Shown here: positions 50,614-62,218 of the stretch, in pieces | Layout: each line of letters begins with the position of its first letter | How positions within the stretch are numbered: position 1 is the stretch's first letter | NCBI RefSeq assembly: GCF_021869535.1 | Contig: NW_026262745.1 | Span: 9,238,001-9,302,000 of the forward strand | DNA length: 64,000 bases | Direction of reading: 5' to 3' | Source: Mytilus californianus | Lineage: Eukaryota | The notes under the pieces: model-generated | The model's database searches: none | The model's input: only the letters and a program-made list of their open reading frames with translations | Told to the model about the DNA's origin: nothing | Translations under genes and position numbers: made by a program

Positions 50614-53206
50614 TTTAACAAGAATCCGTAATTTTGATTGGTAGACAACAAATGCGAGGTATTCAAAAATTAGATTTTATTCCCAATAAAATGCAAAATC
50701 CATGACAACACGGGCTTCCTATGACAACGCCACAACAATGCACATAAAAATTAACGAAGGAGGGCTTGTATAAGCGTTGATCGTGCGCACATTTTTTGGG
50801 AAATGTGCTTCGGTAAACGCTTTTACATCCCAATAAAACTACAAAAAGAAGCATTCAATTCTTAAGGAAATGGCACATTTAGGTAATTCCAAATTACCTT
50901 ATTCTGACCCATTTTGACAATATAAATCAGTTACAAGTCAAACTGATATACCTTAGCCAAATGTTTTTAGTAATGAACGGAAAACTTTTTTTCATTCTAT
51001 TAATCTTTTGAACCCTGATTTATTAGATAAAATCCAACTTAATTTTTTGTTTTTGTTTTATTCAAAGTATAAGTGTTGGACTGTAAAAATAACTATTCCA
51101 TTGTTTAACTGTAGACCACAGAAGTTTACCGATGTTCAAATCTCATTTATCCTTTTTGAAGATGCCATTTGAGTAACAAAAACTCCAAAAGAATCGAGAC
51201 CGGATGGCCGACAGAGTGAGCGTTTCCTGCTATGCATGCAAGCGTTTTTTTTTAATTTTTTTTTTTAATCGATAGAAATTAATGTGCTTCTTGTATTTAC
51301 GTACATTAAATGGACTATCTGTAATTATAGATTAACATTTGTATAATCCGAATTGAAGTAACATATAAGAGAAGAGCAGGCATGTTTTTGCAGTGGTAAA
51401 TCTACAAAATACATTATATTTACTTTTTGTATTATTAAAAGATGATTTTATGTATTGTGCATTCATATATTTTACCAAAGCCTATGATGACATTAATCGT
51501 GTAAATATTTTTACTGTATTACTATGTAGAAAATCATTTTGAAATTATCAAGAAGTTACAAAATACTTGTAGCAATGATGGCAAGGTCAGAAGTAAATAA
51601 AGATTGATTAACAGGTAATTCCACTTGTTATTTTGGGGTTAAGGTTGTATCTAGGAGATTACAGTATTGTATTTGAAAATTTGCTGGAATTTCTTGATGA
51701 ATGCACAGTCAATAAACAGAATGTTTGCAACCTAAAAATCAAAAATTGATGCCCACAAATCTTCAAATATAATACTGTTATCTCCAATTTTGCAACTGAA
51801 AGAAAATACCGCTATCATTTATTAATTGTGGAATGGTGTCCTATAATATGAAAGTTACACACAAAGTTGCAATAGAATTTAAGTTCATGGTTGTTTGCAA
51901 TGTATATAAATAAATGTACGTAACAGAAATGGAATATACCATGGTAGCAAAAATGGTATTAATCTACATGAGGACTTTAATAGAAGATGATGCTTCTTTT
52001 CGCAGTATAGCTCATTCACCAGCTGATATTCAGAGACCTCTGATCTATTATAAAGTATAATGGCAAGTGGAACATGGACAATTCAAATAGTGGTACTTTA
52101 AAAATTACCTTTTGAAAGTCGTCAGTTATCATACATTTCAAGGCACATTCTTTTCTCAGTACAGAATGAACTTTAATGTATGTATCAAAACTTTGAACTC
52201 AAAGTTTTTATTCCTACTTCAGTAAGAATTTTGGTAAAATAAAGTACTCTTAGTAATGATATAACTGCATGTGTATTCGCATATGTAAATTGTTATTGGC
52301 CACTAAGAAACACTACATCTGTTCCCACATATAAGCAGATAGCGCTATCGCTTTCAAAGCATTTTGGGGCACACGTGGTCTTATTCTTTATTTTCAATTT
52401 TCTTTTTCTAACAATTTGTTTAGATTATTCTATAAACATGTAAATGAAACATTGGCCTTCAAATGTTCAGGCATGCGTCCTTGACAACAAAATTAAAACT
52501 GCAGTTTTTGGTGTTTATATTTTTAATCTCAAAAGCAAAATTCGATGTAATTATAACCAGTATTGACTTTGGATATATGTCGTTTTGTTTATATGTTTCA
52601 AAAGTTTTCAAACATATAGGAAAAACTGAACGCTACTTATATCAACTTCTTTCTTCAATCGTATAAGATTTCAAAATTATAACATTCTAAAGAAAATTGA
52701 ATAAAAAGTTAACATAAAATAATGCGGTATGATTGTAAATAATAGAACTACAATCAGGTATAAAAGCTTTCTTCATGCAAGATGTGGCATAATTAAAAAA
52801 AACTATAGACACTAAAAACAATAAACGAGATACAATAATTGAAGACGGCAACAAATGACATCAACTGAGTTTAAGAGTTACCGGTGTCTACTTGAGACAT
52901 GATTATTTTGAATATCGATGGGTTAAACATGAACGCTCAACCATCCCCGTATCCTGGGTCGATGGTGTAACAGCACAACATAAGAACAAAGTATACTTTA
53001 GTAGGACTTGTATTATTGAGTTTGTGTATAAAAAAAATAACAGACCACTAAGCGACTAAACAAAATATCCGGTATCTCTTGCAAAAATTTCATTAAATAT
53101 ATTAAAACTTACCAATGGGTTTTGTTAAGATAAAACGAAATTAAGGCAAGGACATCAAAACGAGTTCAGACATTTCACGCATACATTGTTAATATATATT
53201 TTTGGA

Positions 53207-53445
53207 ACCACCTTGGTGGTCTCGTGTTCGCCTCGGTGCGGTAGGTCGTGGATATAATTCCCGGTCTGGTAAAATCAAAGACTTAAAAATTGGAGTTATA
53301 TCTGATTCTCCGCTGAAAACGCGGTTTTAATGAGCTAGTGCAAAGGCTGGTTGGCTCGGAGTCAGAATAATGTTTCCGGGTAGGGTGACAAGTCTTACTG
53401 TTGACTTCACATCGTCCTGAATATGCGGTGTAAGTTAAACATCTA
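53207..53445 (+). mobile_element. tRNA-derived SINE-like element, decayed
   Basis: Head GGTGGTCTCGTGTTCGCCTCGGTGCGGTAGGTCGTGG...CCCGGTCTGG followed by CAAAGAC..AAAATTGG..TTCTCCGCT..GGTTGGCTCGGAGTCAG body; recognised from memory of mollusc SINEs only. Confidence 0.5.
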
Positions 53446-54082
53446 TCCATAATGATCATCATATATTTGAAGATTCGCGCCTTTTAAATTCTTTCATTGT
53501 TCACCTGTGACCAAATTGATATGTATGCGGAAGGTTAATTAACCAACCAAAGACTTTGTTATGACAAAACAAAACTAAAGGTATTTATGTTCAAAGACTG
53601 TGATTTTCATAAAGTTTGCATAGATTTAATAAGTGTAATAATTTAACCATTCATCTTTTTTAGCTATAGATATAAAGCTTATATCACATTCCGTCATTGA
53701 ATTTTTTAAACATTTTATTTTTGTTTCGGTGCAATTGAAATGAAAGTAAAACGATATCTGAATTTACTTCATGATAATAATAACTAGTTTGATGTATCTC
53801 TTTTATAATTAGCATTGTGTTTTTATATTTTTCTCGTTTTTGGGAAGTTTTGTTAAATTTTGTAAAAATATATACAAACCACAGGAACATTAACCTATGC
53901 AGGTCTTTAAATACACATATCAGTCTTCAGTTTTAGTGTCATCTATATATGTAGTGGTTGCATGTACTTTCAATATTCTAGTTAACTAACAATTGTTTTA
54001 AGTTTGTTAAGAGACTATGTGGGAAGAATGACATCTTTCATTCGGACTCATACATATATTTTTGTTTTCATTTAAGGAAACG

Positions 54083-54106
54083 ATGGCAAGTCGGGGAGAT
54101 GACAAA
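54083..54106 (+). CDS. HSPA12: HSPA12-like copy 5, first coding micro-exon (MASRGDDK)
   Basis: Acceptor TTTAAG 54075-76, ATG...GAC AAA|GTACGT, phase 0. Confidence 0.65.
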
Positions 54107-54167
54107 GTACGTTAACATTAACCTTATGCGTGATAAAAATAATAAAATCTAAAACTTTAATAAATCG

Positions 54168-55056
54168 GAGAGAGAGAGAGAGAGAGAGAGAGAGACAAGG
54201 CAAGACAAGCCAATTTTATTCTTTAAAACCACTGTATACAATTGGCAGACTAACCAGGAAGACCTGCTAGTGAATTTATAACCTTTATTTCCATGTGTTG
54301 TTTGCATTGTAATAATTTACAAAACTTAATTACATTTACTCTGTTACAATAAGATGTATAAAAAAACAGTTTTCTTGAGTCCTCTAAGGATCTACAATTC
54401 AAAAGAAAGTGAAATTCGTCACCTTAATCTTGACATTGATATACATTATAATATCTTCTTTGTCTATCTAAACCTATCCATCTACCAGTTTCAATTGGTA
54501 ATCTATGAATACCAGTTATAAATCTACAAAATATATCCCTATCTCTATTGGGTGATATATTTGAATATTTTCCGAATTCAAACTTATCCTTATATAATCT
54601 GTATGATAAGCCTTTTGACGAATTACATATATCTGAACGCCAGTTTTGTTGAAATTGGTCAAATAACTTTGTTTTAAACTATCATTTAGCAATTGTTTGC
54701 TAAAGTCAGTTTGTACTAACCAGATATTACTATGGCCACAAGTATCAAGAATATGTTTTATAAAAATAACCCATTCAGACGTTCAATTATTCTGTGAATA
54801 TTTTAAAAACGTAAAGTTATACAAAATGTGTGACAATTTATTTTCTTTGCCGTGAACAATTCTAGACCAATAATTTACCACACGCAGTTTAATGTATACT
54901 GCCATGGGATACACACCAAGTTCATCGTATACCATAAAGTTTGGAGTCGACTTCTACAAGTACAGTAGAAGCTTGCAAAATTTCAAGGGTACTCTCTTTA
55001 TAATATCTGAACCCCCAAATTTCATGCCCATAAAGTAAAATAGGCTTCAGTATCTG
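54168..55056 (-). mobile_element. 5'-truncated non-LTR retrotransposon, ORF2 C-terminus (RTEX-like by inference), (TC)n tail
   Basis: KPILLYGHEIWGF, LKFCKLLL..KSTPNFMVYDELG, HRLPIETGRW, GDEFHFLLNC; AATAAA then (TC)n on the minus strand. Confidence 0.75.
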
Positions 55057-55364
55057 AGAGAGAGAGATAGATTTAGAGAGAGATGCATTCGTTGAAGAGA
55101 GAGCCACCCACAGAAAGAGAGAGAGAGAGTCATGGTAGAGATGCATGCAATGAAATATAAGAAAAGATAAGTTGCAAAACATATTCATTTCATTATTTTT
55201 AACATTATTTTGATTTGCTATAGAAAATATTACTTTATATAACCGAGATTAGAATCAATGCAATACTATAGCTGTCTTCGAAACATACAAAAAAAAACAT
55301 ACCATAACAAGAACTAAGAAACAAAAGCAAATAGTAACGTCAACATAGAATTTGTTTTTATTAG

Positions 55365-55673
55365 TTGATCGGAGAGGGACATGTGATAGTGGCTGCCATT
55401 GATTTCGGGACAACCTACTCTGGATTTGCATACTGCAAACATAGTGATTACAGAAACAATCCAGCAAACCCATCAATTTACTGTCACACTTGGAATGATG
55501 GAGCATCTCATATTAGAGAAAAAGCTCCAACTTGTGTTCTGTTTAAACCAGACGGAACATTTCACAGTTTTGGATTTGATGCAGTTAATTATTTCTATGA
55601 TAATGCTGAAAAAACTGACTTTACACAATGGTACTACTTTGAACATTTCAAAATGATGCTATTCAGCGAAAAG
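55365..55673 (+). CDS. HSPA12: HSPA12-like copy 5, IDFGTT exon
   Basis: 309 nt, LIGEGHVIVAAIDFGTTYSGFAY...FEHFKMMLFSEK|GT. Confidence 0.92.
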
Positions 55674-56476
55674 GTAATATTATCTAGTTATGAAATGTCT
55701 ATTTTAAAACATATAACACGTGTCATGATTAGCTAAAGTTACGCTTTTCACTGAGTTCACTCCAAATGAACTCCCTAAGAAGGCTTAAATTAAAATACTC
55801 GTGTTCAGGATTTCCCTACCAATACCTTATTTGGTATGCCTCTAAATGCATACCGTAATGTTTGATAGGATTTTTTGGTAGTGTATTTTGACAAATTACA
55901 GGAGGCCCCCATAAACTGAATGTAAAAACATGAGATAAATAATAATATCCTACCTACCTATTCATAAAGAAAACCCTACACAAACATATTATTTCCTTGG
56001 CCTTATAATGGGTCAATACAGATATCGGCTCGTTTAAAAAAAAATCAGTTAAAATCTCTATTTTTGAACTCTTCAAAGAAACTGATACGCACTTAATTAT
56101 GAAAAAGCAAAATTTCAAAACATAGTAAAAACTTAATCTAGGTTGATGACCTATAGTTACGGAAATGTTTAACTGATGAAAATTTTTCGAAGACCTCATT
56201 GTGACTTTTGATTGAAAAACAGTAATAATTAAAGCTATGAGTATTTCGTGTGTACCAAGTGATTTCTGTTATCATGAGCTGATACACCGTATCCTTTCTT
56301 TAAAATGTTGTTATTAACTATATATTCGTATTAGTAACCATGTGACTAAATGAATGCACATAGGTACATGTACATCAGACAACAGTCAAAAGAAACATCA
56401 TGAAAACAAACCGCATCAAATTAAGTAACAAATTGTTATAAAAAGTTGACTTATTCAAATATATTTGTCTAAACAG

Positions 56477-56716
56477 GACCAGTTAACTAAGAATACCTAC
56501 TTAGAAGAATCGGTAATGATTGGAAATAAAGCTCGCAGGAAGAAAATGAAAGCCATGGATGTGTTTGCAGCCGTGATTGGTCATTTTAGAGATTTACTTT
56601 TAAATAAAAGAGCAAACGAAACTGATTCAACAGATGAATGTATACAGTGGGTAATTACTGTGCCAGCTATATGGGACCTAAAAGCAAGGACGTTCATGCG
56701 AGATGCCGCTGAAAAG
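56477..56716 (+). CDS. HSPA12: HSPA12-like copy 5, TVPA exon
   Basis: 240 nt, AG/GTAAAT, QWVITVPAIWDLKARTFMRDAAEK. Confidence 0.92.
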
Positions 56717-57011
56717 GTAAATCAAATTTCAATGATAAGGGAATTTTATGTGCTAGTAATCAACTCATTTTAGAAAACCGACCTACACTTTCCATGAAAT
56801 TTAGAACTTCTAAGGTTAATTAGAAAATACTTAACATGTCTTCTGCATATTATTTTGTGTGATTCTTTTGTGGATTGAATTTGTTTATTATTTTTGCGTT
56901 TGGTCTTTGTAAACATGGAGTTGTGGTGTGATTGCCATTTAAATAGCACAAACATAAGGCGAAGGAACAATGATGGGAACAACGTATGACTTTACAAAAC
57001 GAAAGACGGGG

Positions 57012-57905
57012 TTATTATACGACCGCAAAAAAAATTGCGGTCGTATATTGGTATCACGTCGTCGTCGTCGTCGTCAGCGTCAGCGTCGTCCGAAGACATT
57101 TGGTTTTCCGGACAATAACTTTAGTAAATGTAAATAGAAATCTATGAAATTTAAACACAAGGTTTATAACCACAAAACGAAGGTTGGGATTGATTTTGGG
57201 GGTTATAGTCCTAACAGTTTAGGAATTAGGGGTCAAAAAGGGGCCCCAAATAAGCATTTTTCTAGTTTCCAGACAATAACTTGTGGAACGGTGTATGGAT
57301 CTCTCTGAAATTATACCACAAGTTTCCATACCACAAAGGGATGGTTAGGATTGGCTTTGGGGGGTTATGGCTCAAACCGTTTAGGAATTAGGGACAAAAA
57401 AGGGGGGAAAAGAATGATTAATGATAAAAATGATTATGTATGTCATTTTCTATTTTAAGACTTTTATGATGTTTTTGAATGGGTAATTATGGTTCCAAAC
57501 TCCATTGGAAATTTGAATTGAGATTATGACCATATCTTAAGGGAAAGATTTTTTTTTGGAAAAAAGGGGGGGTGAAAAAAATTGGTGGGGGGGGGGGGGG
57601 GGGTAAAAAGAAATTGTGAGGGGGGCAATTTTTTCTCAGATTTCAGAAATTAAAAACAAAATTTCTTTTTGGGGGGGGGTCAATTCGCACAAAAGCAAAA
57701 AATTGAATATAAATTCAAATCATATAACCAATTCTAAGTTCTTTGACTACAGTTATTCTGTGTCAGAAACCTATTATGTGTCAAATATTTAATTACAATC
57801 CAAATTCAGACCTGTATCAAGCGCGAATATTGTGTCCCATTTTTGCCCCAACTGTTCAGGGTTGGACCTCTGCGGTCGTTTCCAGCTGCGCTCGGCAAAG
57901 CAATT
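57012..57905 (+). mobile_element. HINE-like element, family C, copy 3
   Basis: 5' palindrome ATACGACCGCAA-aaaaaa-TTGCGGTCGTAT, (GTC)n, internal repeats, 3' TGCGGTCGTT and hairpin. Confidence 0.8.
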
Positions 57906-57942
57906 CATTCCTTTAAAGTGTAATACAATATATCCTTTTTAG

Positions 57943-58102
57943 GTTGGTATACCAAACAATCAACTTACACTTGCTTTAGAACCAGAGGTTGCATCAATCC
58001 ACTGTAGGCGAGTTCCAGTTAGTGTCCAAACTCTTAACGATGGAAAGAAAATAATTGCTGCGATGACACTTGGGTCAAAATATATTGTCCTGGATCAAGG
58101 CG
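57943..58102 (+). CDS. HSPA12: HSPA12-like copy 5, EPEVAS exon
   Basis: 160 nt, VGIPNNQLTLALEPEVAS...VLDQGG. Confidence 0.92.
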
Positions 58103-58659
58103 GTTAGTATTATTTAAAACTATATTATTCATTCATTCATTTATATATCAAATGACTTATCGTATCTATTGCAAACTACTTTATTAATCAGAAGTACTCA
58201 ATATGATTTTATAATACGATATATGAAATATAAAACAATAGTGAAACATTCAACCCTCTGTGTTGTATTTGTATTGCTATAGCATAGCAAAGTGGACAAG
58301 CACATAAGATATTTATTCTTGTGTTCTACTTGTCTTCCACATTCATATCGTAAAACATGCGTGCGAAAACACATTCAATTTATAAATTATGATACGAAAT
58401 GGTCAGAATTATAAAATATCAAAGTGTAAAGGAAAACGAAGTGTTTATACTAAGATATGACGACATCCCTATGCACACTTGATAGAACAACTGAACTCAA
58501 CGCAAAGAAACAGTAATAACTGTTCTAGGTCTCTGACACACACCGAGGCCTTAAAGCTTAACTATAATGTTCAGATATTCCGGACAACCATGTCGTAAAA
58601 TATTTGTTAGATACCTTTACAGGAAATAATTCAGATGGACTTCTTTGTCCAAGGTTTAG

Positions 58660-58990
58660 GGGTGGGTTGGTGCCTTCAAACGAGTTCAACTCCGCCATAT
58701 TCTGTATGTGCCTGTCTCAAGTCAGGAGCCTGTGATTCAGTGGTTGTCGTTTGCTGCTGTGTAACATATTTGTTTTTCGTTCCTAATTTTGTATATACAT
58801 TAGGCCGTTAGTTTTCTCGTTTTAATTGTATAATATTTTCATTTCGGGGCCTTTTATGGCTGACTATGCGGTATGGCCTTTGATCATTGTTTAAGGCCGT
58901 ACGGGGAGTAGTATAGTTGTTGATTCCGGTGTCAGTTGGATTCTTGTAAAGAGTTTTCTCATTGGCAATCATACCACATCTTCTCATTTT
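58660..58990 (-). repeat. Abundant interspersed repeat copy, inverted
   Basis: GCCTGTCTCAAGTCAGGAGCC, CAGTGGTTGTCGTTTG, GGCCGTACGG and CTCATTGGCAATCATACCACATCTT, reverse complement of the 15270 family. Confidence 0.7.
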
Positions 58991-59331
58991 TATATTAATA
59001 ACAATTTAAGAAATATACAGACAGAAAGAGAGAAAAATTAAAATCATATTTCATAACAGAAGTTATCTTAGTCTTTATCGAAAAAAAAACATGTGTTCGA
59101 TGGGTTACGTTTCGTTTCACCTAGTTTCGTTTTTTTTTCAGGTCTGATTGCGAGTCGATGAGTTTAATTTCTGCACCATTTCTCATACGTTTCTGACTTA
59201 TTTGGCAGTTATTCGGAAAAAGATTTTTTACTTAATACAGAAACTGTTCTGGGTAAAGGGGGTTTCAAATAGACAAATAATTGGGTTGTTGGTAATATAT
59301 ATAATTCTATTTTTCTTGTAAATGTTTTCAG

Positions 59332-60398
59332 GTGGAACAACTGATATTGCTGTTCACGAGGTTACAGGCGTGGACACTCTTAAGGAAATACACCAAGCGT
59401 GCGGCGGTCATTGGGGAGGTTTCACCGTTAATGAAGCATTTTACAGATTCTTGATAGATGTGTTCGGAGAAAATGTTGTCGACAAGATAAAGCAAGAAAA
59501 ACCTTCGGCCTATTACAAATTGTTGCACAATTTCGAAGACATGAAGAAATGTTTTGATGAAGAAAAGCTTAAAGATCCTGAAAGGAAATCGAAAGTTATT
59601 ATACCAGTAGAATGGATTGAATATTTTGAAAATTCAAACACAGTTAATTTGAAGGAATCAGTCAAAAAGTCTAATTTCAAGGGAAGGGTGACAATTCAAA
59701 ATGATAAACTGAAAATCAAGAATAGTTTACTAAGAACATTTTTTGATTATGCGATCGAAAGTATCATAGCTGAGCTGAATAAATTGGCACAGAAGGAGGA
59801 GCTATGGGACGTGAAGACTTTATTAGTAGTCGGTGGCCATGCAGAATCACCTGTTTTGATAAACGCGTTGTATGAAAACTTCCCAAATCTCGACATTGTA
59901 GTACCGAAACAGCCATCTCTTGCTATTCTAAGGGGGGCTGTCCTTTATGGGTTTGAACCGGAAACGATAACAAGTCGTGTGATGCAATATACATATGGAA
60001 TTGCTATGCAAAGGCCTTTTATACCTGGAGTAGATCCTGATTCAAAGAAAAAAAGTTTGGTTAACGGATTAGTTGACAATGTATTTGATAAACACACCGA
60101 ACGTGGACAAACGGTTAATGCCGGTGAATTTCTCAAGGAGCACGAGTACGTGCCAGTAAGACAGGACCAGGTTGCAGTTCATTTTGAGTTTTATGCAACA
60201 CAGCATAAAAATCCAAAATATGTTACAGATGAGGGATGTAGCTGCATAGGTATATTGTATTTTAAACTCTCTGGTGGAATGAAAAGTAACAAGGCAATGA
60301 ATTTGAAAATTAATCCTAGCGGAACACAAATCATTGCTGTTGTAACTGAAAAAGACACCGGAAAAGAAAGCGAGGGCTTCTTTTGTTTACTTGACTAA
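59332..60398 (+). CDS. HSPA12: HSPA12-like copy 5, terminal exon; spliced CDS 1800 nt = 599 aa, intact
   Basis: GTTDIAVHEV...GGHAES...AILRGAVLYG...EGFFCLLD*. Confidence 0.93.
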
Positions 60399-60726
60399 TT
60401 ATAAAAATCTCGCATGCACGAAGGGAAACTGACACACACAAGTAGTTTATTTTTTATACACATTCATTAGTAACTTAAAATACGACTTCAGCTGAAAAAA
60501 ATATTTACGCGTCTAACAAATGTGATCTATTTCAAATGTATAAATTCTTGAATATTTATATTTTTTTTCCTTTTATATAAAAAAATTATGTTCGTTGTTG
60601 CCTTATTTCCAACTTGGGATGAAGAGGGAAAGTAAGTAAGAGAAGTATTTATTTAGCGTTTGTATTAATCATTTAATAAGTCATTGCAATTTAGTATGCA
60701 GTTCTATAATCATTAGCATATCTCAA

Positions 60727-61475
60727 TTTTTACATCGGGATGACCGTGAGGGCATTCAGATGTATTGTTGCCGACAAGATTTCTACTTACATAACTTTCG
60801 TGTTTGACTGGTAACCGATCTATAAATACGCGGACATTATCGAGTGCAAAATAACATTCCTTATCGCTTGTTATAAATTCATTTCTTAAATGAATACTCG
60901 TAAAATATTTTTGTTTAGAACATAAATTAATAATATGAAAATGTTTTGTCGTTAGAAATATATATATAAGTAAAAAATCATTGATAATATCTATGCACAC
61001 GTACAGAAAAATTGTGTTAACGCATGCGGAAGAATATCTCAAGAATGTTTTACGGGAAAATATGAATGCCTGCTCAAATCCAATCTATTAGAAAAATCAT
61101 ATTATTACAGAAGAGTGTCCACCATGCACTTGCACTGCACTATTATTAGAATAGTAAAATAGAATGATATACAAATGATTGAAAATTATATTTTATACAT
61201 GTAACTGTTATATACAAACATTAATATAATATATAACAACAAACCAGAGTATACTGATTTGTATCACTACAATATAATAGTTATTACGGTGACGTTGAAT
61301 TCCCTGTCATTTATTCATTATCCACGCACGAACTTGTCTCAGAAAAAAATATATTTCTGTACATTAACCTCACTTTCAGGTATACAGATGTTATTTTTTT
61401 TTTCTGAGACAAGTGCTTGTGACCATCCACAAGAACTTGCGGTCATCCGATGTTCAGTACTTCAGTACTTTGATT
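60727..61475 (+). mobile_element. HINE-like element, family E, uninterrupted copy
   Basis: CATCGGGATGACCG...CGGTCATCCGATG subterminal IR, 3' AGTACT hairpin, colinear with 17065-19553 minus its insertions. Confidence 0.7.
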
Positions 61476-61728
61476 AAATTATAGTATTATTCCAGTATTC
61501 GGCAGCACCTGCATATGGATTATATATCTTTCAGTAGAAACGATGTTATTGGACTGGAGTTCCTTTTCCTGATAACTTGATAAAAGGTTTCTACTAGGTA
61601 AAATGGAAGATATTGAGCCAATGTTTATAGTCGAGGTTTTTTGAACGATTGATGAACGCCATCATGGTTTGGCCGACCATTTTGAAATGCCTGTGTTACA
61701 AATGACCCCCTGATTTGATTAAGCCAAA

Positions 61729-61872
61729 CTTCCGTCCTCTTTTCTCAGAGTTTCGTCATCTTTTCACAAGAGTTCCATCCTCTTTCGCATAGTTCCGTCC
61801 TCTTTCTCAGAGTTCCGTCATCTTTCTCAGAGTTCCGTCATCTTTTCACAAGAGTTCCGTCCTCTTTTCTCT
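61729..61872. repeat. ~20-bp degenerate minisatellite (TTCCGTCCTCTTTCTCAGAG)
   Basis: About seven adjacent units. Confidence 0.75.
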
Positions 61873-62100
61873 TTGCTCCGAGTGTGATACCACCGAGTGT
61901 AAACCGATTGATTCCTTGTAACGATAAATATGACAGGTGCCAGTAGTTGAACTGCATTTCCATCCACTTTAATTTTCAAGTTCATGTTACATCTGCTTTT
62001 GATAGTTTTTATATATATTATATCTTTAATGTTTGTGCTATTTCTGAACGTTATGAATAAAGATTAGAGAATTTAATGATAAGATTTACTATACTTGAAG

Positions 62101-62218
62101 GTCTGGGGTCGGTTTCACAAAAAAACTTACGACTAAGATTGATCGTTAGTATACTGAAATGTTCATGACTTACGACCAATCTTAGTCGTAAGTTTTTTTG
62201 TGAAACCGACTCCTGGAC
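62101..62218. mobile_element. Short palindromic MITE
   Basis: GTCGGTTTCACAAAAAAACTTACGACTAAGATT...AATCTTAGTCGTAAGTTTTTTTGTGAAACCGAC, ~40-bp arms. Confidence 0.7.

Noticed and set aside
49776-50644. Cys/His-rich repetitive ORFs
   Set aside because: Artefact of a 33-bp tandem repeat; no splice or start context.
53207-53280. tRNA gene
   Set aside because: tRNA-like head is degenerate and runs into a SINE body; no complete cloverleaf.
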